Positions 10,049-18,276 of a DNA stretch of 32,000 nucleotides are shown here, piece after piece (the first letter of the stretch is position 1; each line of letters begins with the position of its first letter). Position numbers and translations under genes: made by a program. Source of the DNA: Mycobacterium leprae TN (GTDB taxonomy: Bacteria; Actinomycetota; Actinomycetes; Mycobacteriales; Mycobacteriaceae); the NCBI RefSeq assembly GCF_000195855.1, contig NC_002677.1:2370001-2402000 (forward strand). Reading direction: 5' to 3'. Below the pieces are notes generated by a model. It was not told where the DNA came from. It did no database searches and saw nothing but the letters and a program-made list of their open reading frames with translations.

Positions 10049-10918
10049 ATGACGCTCGATGTGAAAGGTGATGGACTTGGTGCACAGGTCACAGGGGTTG
10101 ACCCCAAAAACTTAGACAGTATATCCACCGCCGAAATCCGCAAAATAGTTTATGTCAATAAGCTTGTTGTTTTAAAAGACGTCCACCCAACTCCAGAAGA
10201 ATTTATAAAACTTGGCAGGATAATCGGAGAAATCGTTCCTTATTACGAACCTATTTATCGCCATAAAGATTATCCTGAAATATTTGTTTCTTCTACCGAG
10301 GAAGGGCAGGGTGTTCCGAACACCGGCGCCTTCTGGCATGTCGACTATATATTCATGCCGGAACCTTTTGCATTTTCTATGACTCTGCCTCTTGCGATGC
10401 CCGGACACGACCGCGGGACTCATTTTATCGACCTCAGCCAGGTTTGGGAATCGCTTCCCAACGCTATGAAAGACTCGGTGCGGGGAACGTATAGTAATCA
10501 TTCTCCTCGGCGCTATATCAAAATACGCCCAAGCGATGTTTACCGACCTGTAGGAGAAGTCCTAGCCGAGATCGAAGAGGTCACTCCCCCGCAGAAGTGG
10601 CCTACAGTGATCAAGCACCCGAAGACCGGGCAGGAAATCCTTTACATTTGCGAAGCAGCCACCGTTTCGGTCGAGGACAAAAACGGAAATCTACTTGACC
10701 CGATGGTGCTGCAAGAGCTCCTAACCGCGTCGGGCCAGCTTGACCCCGACTGCAAATCGCTGCTTATACATACTCAACACTACGAGGTTGGTGACGTCGT
10801 CTTGTGGGATAACCGGGCTCTTGTGCACCGGGCGAAACACGGCACGGTCTCGGGCACCTTAATCACGTACCGTCTGACCTTGCTGGATGGCCTCAAGACA
10901 CCGGGATATGCCGTATGA
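10049..10918 (+). CDS. TauD-family Fe(II)/2-oxoglutarate-dependent oxygenase, Rv0097-like (isonitrile-forming enzyme of the INLP pathway)
   Basis: 289-aa ORF, MTLDVKGDGLGAQVTGVDPKNL...; GAFWHVDYIFM (HxD) and LWDNRALVHRAKHG (distal His/Arg); SD aggag upstream; ATGA overlap with next gene. Confidence 0.93.
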   Translation: MTLDVKGDGLGAQVTGVDPKNLDSISTAEIRKIVYVNKLVVLKDVHPTPEEFIKLGRIIGEIVPYYEPIYRHKDYPEIFVSSTEEGQGVPNTGAFWHVDYIFMPEPFAFSMTLPLAMPGHDRGTHFIDLSQVWESLPNAMKDSVRGTYSNHSPRRYIKIRPSDVYRPVGEVLAEIEEVTPPQKWPTVIKHPKTGQEILYICEAATVSVEDKNGNLLDPMVLQELLTASGQLDPDCKSLLIHTQHYEVGDVVLWDNRALVHRAKHGTVSGTLITYRLTLLDGLKTPGYAV

Positions 10919-11466
10919 GCGCCGAGTTGGCCCCTTCTCTGCAGAACGCGGCGGAATCCACAAACACCTTTCCTATGGCAGAAGATTTGCTTGGCAGCAT
11001 ACTGGAACCCTACTCTTACAAGGGATGCCGCTACCTCATTGACGCACAGTACAGAGCCAGCCCTGATTCGGTCTTCGCTTATGGCAATTTCGGGATTGAA
11101 GAGTCCGCTTACATTCGAGGTACAGGCCACTTCAATGCGGTGGAGCTGATGCTGTGTTTCAATCAGTTAGGTTACAGCGCGTACGCTCAAAGTGTCGTCA
11201 ACAAGGATATTTCCGCACTTCGAGGTTGGTCAATCGCAGATTATTGCAGGAACCAGCTTTCCGGCATATTGATTAAAAACACATCATCGCGATTTAAAAA
11301 GCTGATCAACCCTCAAAAATTTTCTGCACGTTTGCATGTATATGATCTCCGCATCGTCGAACGAACATGGCGCTATCTCCAGTTATCGAACACCATCGAA
11401 TTTTGGGACGATAACGGAGGGTCTGCGATAGGGGAATTCGAGGTCGCGATACTTAACATCCCGTAA
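10915..11466 (+). CDS. fcoT: Fatty acyl-CoA/ACP thioesterase-like protein FcoT (Rv0098-like), INLP pathway
   Basis: 183-aa ORF YSYKGCRYLIDAQYRASPDSVFAYGNFGIEESAYIRGTGHFNAVELMLCFNQLGYSAYAQSV; position between the Rv0097-like and FadD10-like genes. Confidence 0.88.
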   Translation: MSAELAPSLQNAAESTNTFPMAEDLLGSILEPYSYKGCRYLIDAQYRASPDSVFAYGNFGIEESAYIRGTGHFNAVELMLCFNQLGYSAYAQSVVNKDISALRGWSIADYCRNQLSGILIKNTSSRFKKLINPQKFSARLHVYDLRIVERTWRYLQLSNTIEFWDDNGGSAIGEFEVAILNIP

Positions 11467-11495
11467 TTTACTTGTAGGAGATTCGCTTTACAGCT

Positions 11496-13094
11496 ATGTC
11501 GCACTTACCGCCTACAGTCCTGGAACGGATACTGAAGCAGGCACACGAGCGTCCGGAGGCAATCGCCTTGCGTCGCAGCGACGGGACAAGCGAGCTGCGG
11601 TACGGTCAGCTTGTTGCCGAAGTCAATGGGCTTGCCGCGCATCTTAGTGCTCAGTCGGTTTCTCAAAGATCCCGGGTTCTCGTCATTTCGGACAACGGTC
11701 CCGAGACATACCTGTCGGTGCTGGCTTGCGCGAAGCTCGGAGCGATCGCAGTCATGGTGGACGGCAATCTTCCGCCCGCAACCATCAGTCGTTTCAGCGA
11801 AATCTGTGACCCCAGTGCGGTCCTTGTCGCGCGAGAGTGCAGAATAGACTCTTCCTCGCTGCCGGAAATACTACACTCAATACCGGCCATAACGGTCAAT
11901 ACCACCGCTGATGCAACGTATTCCGCTTGCTCGTTGGATATAGATTATTTAGCCGGTAACCTAAACTACGGCACCGATGACCCGTTGGCGATGACCTTCA
12001 CCAGCGGTACAACCGGCGAGCCAAAGGCCGTGCTGCTACCCAATCGCACCTTCTTTGCTATTCCAGACATTTTACGGGAAAAAGGTCTGGCCTGGATCGA
12101 TTGGGTCGTCAACGAAACCACCTACTCACCTCTGTCGGCGACGCATATCGGCGGCCTCTGGTGGATACTCAACTGTTTAATGCATGGAGGGTTATGTATC
12201 ACCGGCGGTGAGCACACGTCGTCGTTAACGGAGGTTCTTAACGCGAATAAAGTCGCAACAACATGCCTAGTTCCAACCCTTCTTTCGAAACTGGTTTACG
12301 AACTGAAGTTCGGCGATGTGGTGACTCCGCCGTTGCGACTAATTGTTTACGGTGGTTCGCGGGTAATTGCAGCTGATGTGCGATTTATTGAAGCTGCGGG
12401 TGTGCGCACCGCACAGTTCTACGGTTTGAGCGAAACGGGCTGCACCGCCTTGTGTTTACCAACCGATAATGGATCAATCTCCAAAATCGAGGCTGGCGCT
12501 GTTGGACGTCCATACCCTGGTGTGGAAGTGTATCTGGCAGATCCAAATGGTGGCGGACCCACTGTCGCAGACACTGCTTCTTCCGCATCCTTCGGCACGC
12601 TGTGGATTAAATCACCAGCAAACATGTTAGGGTACTGGAATAATCCGGAACGCACCCGAGAAATTCTAGTTGACGGGTGGGTGAACACCGGCGACCTTGT
12701 GGAGCGACGCGAGGACGGTTTCTTCTATATCAAAGGAAGATCCTCGGAGATGATCGTCTCCGGTGGAGTCAACATTGTGCCCGATGAGGTTGATCGCATC
12801 GCCGAAAGCGTTTCGGGCGTTGGTGAGGCCGCATGCTACGAAATACCCGATGCGCATTTCGGAGCGCTAGTCGGTTTGGCCGTAATCCCATCGGCAGAGC
12901 TGAACGAGTCAACAGCGATCGAGCTCAAACGAAGGATTGCGGCTCGTTATCGGCGTGAGTCGGAATCGATGGCGCGCCCGTCTAAGATCGTGATCGTTGC
13001 GGATATTCCTCGCACGCAGTCCGGCAAAGTCATCCGTGCAACACTAGCAGCAGCGCTGAACGGAGAGCAACTCGGAATGGTCGTTCGTGACTGA
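11496..13094 (+). CDS. fadD10: Long-chain fatty acyl-AMP/CoA ligase FadD10-like (Rv0099)
   Basis: 532-aa ORF with MTFTSGTTGEPKAVLLPNR (AMP-binding), YGLSETGCTALCLPTD, GWVNTGDLVERREDGFFYIKGRSSEMIVSGG and IPRTQSGKVIRATL. SD taggag upstream. Confidence 0.94.
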   Translation: MSHLPPTVLERILKQAHERPEAIALRRSDGTSELRYGQLVAEVNGLAAHLSAQSVSQRSRVLVISDNGPETYLSVLACAKLGAIAVMVDGNLPPATISRFSEICDPSAVLVARECRIDSSSLPEILHSIPAITVNTTADATYSACSLDIDYLAGNLNYGTDDPLAMTFTSGTTGEPKAVLLPNRTFFAIPDILREKGLAWIDWVVNETTYSPLSATHIGGLWWILNCLMHGGLCITGGEHTSSLTEVLNANKVATTCLVPTLLSKLVYELKFGDVVTPPLRLIVYGGSRVIAADVRFIEAAGVRTAQFYGLSETGCTALCLPTDNGSISKIEAGAVGRPYPGVEVYLADPNGGGPTVADTASSASFGTLWIKSPANMLGYWNNPERTREILVDGWVNTGDLVERREDGFFYIKGRSSEMIVSGGVNIVPDEVDRIAESVSGVGEAACYEIPDAHFGALVGLAVIPSAELNESTAIELKRRIAARYRRESESMARPSKIVIVADIPRTQSGKVIRATLAAALNGEQLGMVVRD

Positions 13095-13323
13095 GACAGC
13101 ACGGGAAAGGATTCTCACGGCTGTCTGTGAGGTGTTGTACATAGCAGAATCAGATTTGGTTGACGGCGATGAAACCGATCTTCGCGACCTCGGGCTAGAC
13201 TCTGTTCGGTTCACGCTCTTAATGAAGCAACTCGGTCTGAGCCAAGAAGCTGAGATGCAATCCAAATTGATGGACAATTTTTCGATTGCAAACTGGGTTC
13301 GCCAGCTGGAGAGTTCTACGTGA
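13087..13323 (+). CDS. Standalone acyl carrier protein (Rv0100-like)
   Basis: 78-aa ORF with DLRDLGLDSVRFTLLMKQLG (phosphopantetheine Ser). GTG start at 13087 overlaps the fadD10 stop (13092-13094). Confidence 0.92.
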   Translation: MTETARERILTAVCEVLYIAESDLVDGDETDLRDLGLDSVRFTLLMKQLGLSQEAEMQSKLMDNFSIANWVRQLESST

Positions 13324-16300
13324 CGGCGCCAAACACACGTCGCGTCGATCGTGTTCCCTTGAGTCGATCTCAGCAGAACATTTACAACGGAATGTTGCAG
13401 GACAACGATCCCGCTTTGTATTTTATCGGTAAAAGCTATCGATTCCACCAGCTGGAGCTGTCGGTGTTCCTGGCGGCTCTGGAAGCAACGATCCTCAAAA
13501 ACCCTGGGCAACTTTGCGTTCTTGAGGCGCCCTCGACAGAGGGTGACTATCCGGATCTCGTGCCGAGGCTGCAGTTCGGCGACATCGTGCGCGTGCGGTC
13601 CGACGAACAGCCGCAGACAGACAGTCGTGACTACGACCTTATGCACGCCTGGTCTCCTGACATCCTCGCCAAGCCACTCGTGCGGTACACCGTGCGGACC
13701 GACAAGAACGGCTTTGTGGCACGTCTCGATGTCTTCACCCATCACATACTGGTTGATGGCGGCGCGATTAGGATCATTGAGGAAAATTTGGCACATCACC
13801 TTGACACCGATAATCGACTCGAGATCCCTTGTATCCGACAAGCTCTGGACAAACTTGCAGAAGCACACCGTCGTGAGGCGACCAAGGTGGAGGAATCGCT
13901 ACAGCGTCTGGCCAATGTCGTGCAACGTGAGCTAGCCGACGAAGTGCGTAACGGTGGGTATGGTCAAGTCTCAAACGACGCCCCCGGGAACGCTGCCCGG
14001 GGAGTGCTTCACGAATCAATGATAATCTGCGGTAAGGCATTTGATAATATTATCGCCTTGTCAGAGACTAAACAGGTGCCACTTAACATATTGGTGGCCA
14101 CGGCGGCAGTAGCAGTGGACGCTAGCCTTAGGCAGAGCACCGAGGGCCTGCTGGTTCACGCTGTGGACAACCGCTTCGGAGATCCCTATCTGGACGTTGC
14201 TACATGCCTGGTCAATTCGGTTGCACACTCGATCCGTTTTCCTCCATTTGCGTCGGTGCAAGATGTCGTCCGAACACTTGACCGGTCCTACGTCAAGGCA
14301 ATTAGACTCCGCTGGCTTCGCGAGGAATATTACCGACGAATATATTTGGCGCTCAACCAGACATCTCACATTGAGGCTTTGACGCTCAATTTCATACGCG
14401 AGCCATGCGCGCCCGGCCTTCGCCCTTTCTTGTCGGAAGTACCGACGGTGACGGATATCGGTCCGGTCGAGGGCATGACCGTGGCTTGTGTTCTGAACGA
14501 AGACGAGCGCACACTTGATCTGTCGATCTGGAACAGAGTAGATCTGCCCCAGGGAAAGTCATGTACCCGTGTCGCAAAACGAATCGCTGCAGCGTTGGAA
14601 TTGATGGCAGCGGCGTGGGATCAGCCGATCGCCATGATTGTCAACGAATGGTTTGGGATCAGTTCAGACGGTGCCCTCTGCCTAGGTAATGAAGTTACCC
14701 AGACAACGCGACCACTGGCTCCGGCATGGTTTCTGGACCCTGGGGGAAGCGTTCACCTGACTGTTGACAAACGTCGCTACGTCCATCCATGGATTGCCTG
14801 GCTGGTAAGGGGCAGCGTCGTGCCAGGTGACGTGCTGGTGTTCACTGACGACAACACGGACAAGACCATCGACCTCTTGATCGCGTGCCATCTTGCGGGC
14901 TGCGGCTACAGTGTCTGTGACACTGTAGCCGAGGTTCCCTTGCGGGCGAAGGCGATTACCGACCACGGTGGTGGTGTCTCTGCCCGCGTGATCGATGTGG
15001 CTGCTACCCAGCTCGCAGTGACCCCGGATAACGAGCAAAGCAAGCTCGCTGACAAGCTTATTAAGCAAGCAGCACAAGATATTTCACTAGCAGACAAAAC
15101 CGCGTACATCATGCCGACATCAGGTTCAACCGGGCAGCCCAAACTCGTCCAAGTTTCACACGGGTCGCTTGCGCTCTTTTGTGACGCGGTGAGAAACGCA
15201 TATGGGTGGGGAGCACACGACACCATACTCCAGTGCGCGCCATTGACATCGGACATCAGTGTCGAGGAGATCTTTGGTGGAGCGATTTGTGGATCGAAGT
15301 TGGTCCGATCCACCGCCATGAAAACTGGTGATCTAGCGGAACTCGCACGAGATATCTTCGTGCAGAGGGCAACAGTCATCGACCTACCGACCGCAGTGTG
15401 GCATTTGCTGTGCGACCACAGCGACGCGATTGACGAGATCAACCGTTCTTGCCTTCGACAGATCGTCATTGGGGGTGAAGCCGTTCGTCCCTGCGCTGTC
15501 GACAAGTGGATTGATTCCGGTGCTTCACAAGGTATTTCACTTATGTCGACCTATGGACCGACAGAGACTACGGTCGTTGTCACGTATTTGCCGATCGTCT
15601 GCGCTCCGATGACCGTCGAGAGTGACGCTCGCCTCAGGCTGGGCTGGCCGATAGTGCCCAACACGGTGTTCATCGCCTTCGGCGAACTCGTTATCGTTGG
15701 TGATTTGGTCTCTGTTGGCTATCTCGGGATCGATAGCCGCAACTTCGGCACTGTGACCACCACGGACGGTTCGTGCCGTCGCGCGTTTGCTACTGCCGAC
15801 TGTGTGATCCTCGATGACGAGGGTTTTCCGGTGTTCTCCGGACGCAAAGACGCCGTCGTCAAAATCTCCGGCAAGCGTGTCGACACCGCCGAGTTAATTC
15901 GGCGTATCTCCACGGACCCTAACGTCTCCGATGTTGCTGTCGAAGTTTACAACGGTCGTCTCGGAGTGTGGTTCGAGACGAAGCTGACCCGCGAAGGCGT
16001 CGACGATGCTGCGGCAGCGACACGGAGCAGGCTAATTCTTGCGAGCTTGGGAGTGTCCTCGTTTTTCGTGGTAGGCGTGCCGTGTATTCCGCGGAAGCCT
16101 AACGGGAAAATTGACCGCGACAACCTGCTGGTGATGCCCCAGCTTGTCGACTCTGTACAAAACTATGCCGGGTCGGGTGAGGGGGCAGCCGGTCTCGCGG
16201 AAATCTGGAGTCGGCACCTAGGCAGGGCTATCCTCCCGGACTCATCGCTACTCGATGAGGGGATCGGCTCGGTGGATCTCATCAGGATACTTCCCGACAC

Positions 16301-17525
16301 TCGTAGACATCTGGGTCGGCACCTCTCGCTTCTGGATCTAATCAGCGCCGATAACGCCGCCAACCTGACTGCCGCGCAGACAGCCAATGTATGGATGGAC
16401 GTCGGCACCGCCGCCGAGATAGAACGTGATCTTGCTTCACTGTGCAGGCAACGAAACGCTACGGAGTTCAGCGTCAAACAGACCCGGAATAGCCACCAAA
16501 AACAGGCGATCGTCGTGCTGGGCGCGTCGGGAATTTTGGGCACTGGCTTTGCCCAAGCAGTCCTCGATCTAAGACAGTCAGGAGTGTTGTGTCCCGAGGT
16601 GGTCTTGGCTACGAGGGCGAGACTCCCCGAAGGCGATCCATGGACAGCGCTGCAAGGCGTTGATGGGGTTCGGATCGAACGTATCTCTTTTGAGAATGGC
16701 CCTGGAGAGCTGGAGGCACTAATACGTGACACTGACGCCGGAACCCTGGTGAACGGTGTCGGCAATACCAACATGCTAGTGCCATACCGTGAACTGCGGC
16801 TGGCCAACGTAGAGCTGGTTTCCGCGATAGTCGATATATGCGCGAGTTATAGTACCAGGTTGGTACATTTGTCGTCATTCGTCGTCAATGCGGATGTCAC
16901 TGTGCCTCAGGTCACCGATCCCCGTGAAACGCCTTATCCGTATGCGGCATCCAAGTCACTCGCGGAGCTAGTCGTTGCCGGATCACCATCTGCGCTCGAT
17001 TTCACCATCGTGCGCCTGCCCCGGGTACTTGGCGAAGACTATCAATTACGCAATTCCTCTGACATTCTACTCTCGATTGTTGATGCCTGTATTGCGTTGC
17101 GCGCCTACCCTTCCGCAACAGTGACGGAAGAAGTCACTACCGGCCGAGCCGCGGCGAAGGCGATCTTGGGCGTGGTGTCGGCGTTAGCTAGATCGGGTCA
17201 GCTGGGGAGCGGAATTTCCGTGGTACGTGGCGAGGCGGTGGCATACGCGGATTTTCTCAGTGAGTTCGCTAGCGATGAACTCAATATGGCGGAGTGGAAG
17301 TATCGACTGGATCAAAGCGACTGGGCGAAGAGAAATCCACGAAGGTGGTCGGTGATCGATGCGTGGTTCACCTTGGGTATGATGTTCGAGATGCGATCCT
17401 ACGCAGAATATCCGACCATGGCCCTCGGCGTCGAGTCCGTCGCCGAGCTTGCCGCGCCACCAGAGTCGATTCGAGCCCTACTAGCGCACGGATGTTCACA
17501 GCCACTGAAATATACTGGCAGATAG
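13320..17525 (+). CDS. nrp: Non-ribosomal peptide synthetase (Rv0101-like), single module: condensation-adenylation-carrier-reductase
   Basis: 1401-aa ORF: FTHHILVDGGAI (C domain HHxxxDG, codons from 13740), YIMPTSGSTGQPKLVQVSHGSL, MSTYGPTETTVV, FSGRKDAVVKISGKRV, PRKPNGKIDRD (A domain), LLDEGIGSVDLIRIL (carrier Ser), VVLGASGILGTGFAQAV and YPYAASKSLAELVV (NAD(P)-dependent reductase, YxxxK). GTG start overlaps ACP stop. Confidence 0.94.
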   Translation: MTAPNTRRVDRVPLSRSQQNIYNGMLQDNDPALYFIGKSYRFHQLELSVFLAALEATILKNPGQLCVLEAPSTEGDYPDLVPRLQFGDIVRVRSDEQPQTDSRDYDLMHAWSPDILAKPLVRYTVRTDKNGFVARLDVFTHHILVDGGAIRIIEENLAHHLDTDNRLEIPCIRQALDKLAEAHRREATKVEESLQRLANVVQRELADEVRNGGYGQVSNDAPGNAARGVLHESMIICGKAFDNIIALSETKQVPLNILVATAAVAVDASLRQSTEGLLVHAVDNRFGDPYLDVATCLVNSVAHSIRFPPFASVQDVVRTLDRSYVKAIRLRWLREEYYRRIYLALNQTSHIEALTLNFIREPCAPGLRPFLSEVPTVTDIGPVEGMTVACVLNEDERTLDLSIWNRVDLPQGKSCTRVAKRIAAALELMAAAWDQPIAMIVNEWFGISSDGALCLGNEVTQTTRPLAPAWFLDPGGSVHLTVDKRRYVHPWIAWLVRGSVVPGDVLVFTDDNTDKTIDLLIACHLAGCGYSVCDTVAEVPLRAKAITDHGGGVSARVIDVAATQLAVTPDNEQSKLADKLIKQAAQDISLADKTAYIMPTSGSTGQPKLVQVSHGSLALFCDAVRNAYGWGAHDTILQCAPLTSDISVEEIFGGAICGSKLVRSTAMKTGDLAELARDIFVQRATVIDLPTAVWHLLCDHSDAIDEINRSCLRQIVIGGEAVRPCAVDKWIDSGASQGISLMSTYGPTETTVVVTYLPIVCAPMTVESDARLRLGWPIVPNTVFIAFGELVIVGDLVSVGYLGIDSRNFGTVTTTDGSCRRAFATADCVILDDEGFPVFSGRKDAVVKISGKRVDTAELIRRISTDPNVSDVAVEVYNGRLGVWFETKLTREGVDDAAAATRSRLILASLGVSSFFVVGVPCIPRKPNGKIDRDNLLVMPQLVDSVQNYAGSGEGAAGLAEIWSRHLGRAILPDSSLLDEGIGSVDLIRILPDTRRHLGRHLSLLDLISADNAANLTAAQTANVWMDVGTAAEIERDLASLCRQRNATEFSVKQTRNSHQKQAIVVLGASGILGTGFAQAVLDLRQSGVLCPEVVLATRARLPEGDPWTALQGVDGVRIERISFENGPGELEALIRDTDAGTLVNGVGNTNMLVPYRELRLANVELVSAIVDICASYSTRLVHLSSFVVNADVTVPQVTDPRETPYPYAASKSLAELVVAGSPSALDFTIVRLPRVLGEDYQLRNSSDILLSIVDACIALRAYPSATVTEEVTTGRAAAKAILGVVSALARSGQLGSGISVVRGEAVAYADFLSEFASDELNMAEWKYRLDQSDWAKRNPRRWSVIDAWFTLGMMFEMRSYAEYPTMALGVESVAELAAPPESIRALLAHGCSQPLKYTGR

Positions 17526-17531
17526 CAACTG

Positions 17532-18164
17532 CTAAACGTGAAACAGCAGAACACCGAACATAATAGCCATCCCGGTCGACATCATAGCCTGACCTGAGGG
17601 ATGCAGCGAACAATAGCGACTGAAGCCTGCATTCCTTCGCGATGTCGCGAAAGAACGGTACGTCCAGAAGACTGTCGCGATACAGAAGAACGCGAACCAG
17701 AGCCAGTTTATAATACTGATCCATCCAGGTATTCCGCTTGCCGGCACCACCGTTGTAGTCATGTCCACGCCCAGCATCGACGTATGGGGCGATGTATGAT
17801 GGCCAGTGGCCCAATGGTCGTGAAGATGACTGTCCATGATGACGTACATCCAGACCATAGCCAGCATCATGAGAGCCGGATATGCATATGCCGCCCGTTC
17901 AGCGATCCTTCGGGACGAAACGGTGGCCAAGATCACGAACCACGCCCCAACTAGCCCGCAAAACACCACGGTCCCTGTCGTTGGTAGCTGAGCACCCCGC
18001 GGCCAGGCCATCACTGCCATCGCGATTGCCATCGCAAAATGCAATCCATTGCTCGGAACCAGTGTCCACGGCCGGCGGCAGGCCAAACACGCGAAGCCAC
18101 ATTCGGCAGCGCTCAGCACGAACAGCCCGGTGACAACCCAACGCAGCAGTAAGTCATCAATCAT
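17532..18164 (-). CDS. Small multi-pass membrane protein, probably DUF5134-like, with a His-rich loop
   Basis: 210-aa ORF: hydrophobic segments MIDDLLLRWVVTGLFVLSAAECGFACLAC and ALMMLAMVWMYVIM, then DSHLHDHWATGHHTSPHTSMLGVDM; ends 6 bp from the nrp stop (convergent). Confidence 0.7.
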   Translation of the reverse strand: MIDDLLLRWVVTGLFVLSAAECGFACLACRRPWTLVPSNGLHFAMAIAMAVMAWPRGAQLPTTGTVVFCGLVGAWFVILATVSSRRIAERAAYAYPALMMLAMVWMYVIMDSHLHDHWATGHHTSPHTSMLGVDMTTTVVPASGIPGWISIINWLWFAFFCIATVFWTYRSFATSRRNAGFSRYCSLHPSGQAMMSTGMAIMFGVLLFHV

Positions 18165-18276
18165 GCGAGGTGTCGCCGCTCGGAGGGAGGCATCTGGCTA
18201 CTGTAGGTTGGCGTTGACCAACCGACGCTTGCCGGCCACCTACGTGGTCTGCTGTTAGCATCCGTAAGCTCAAGCA

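Noticed and set aside
13044-13868. 274-aa minus-strand ORF
   Set aside because: Antisense to ACP and the NRPS condensation domain, both of which have clear motifs.
14682-16807. Minus-strand ORFs of 131, 199, 64, 61 and 214 aa
   Set aside because: All antisense to the NRPS adenylation, carrier and reductase regions; no own motifs or SD.
17601-17954. 117-aa plus-strand ORF after nrp
   Set aside because: Antisense to the His-rich membrane protein, whose minus-strand frame has coherent transmembrane segments and a plausible start.
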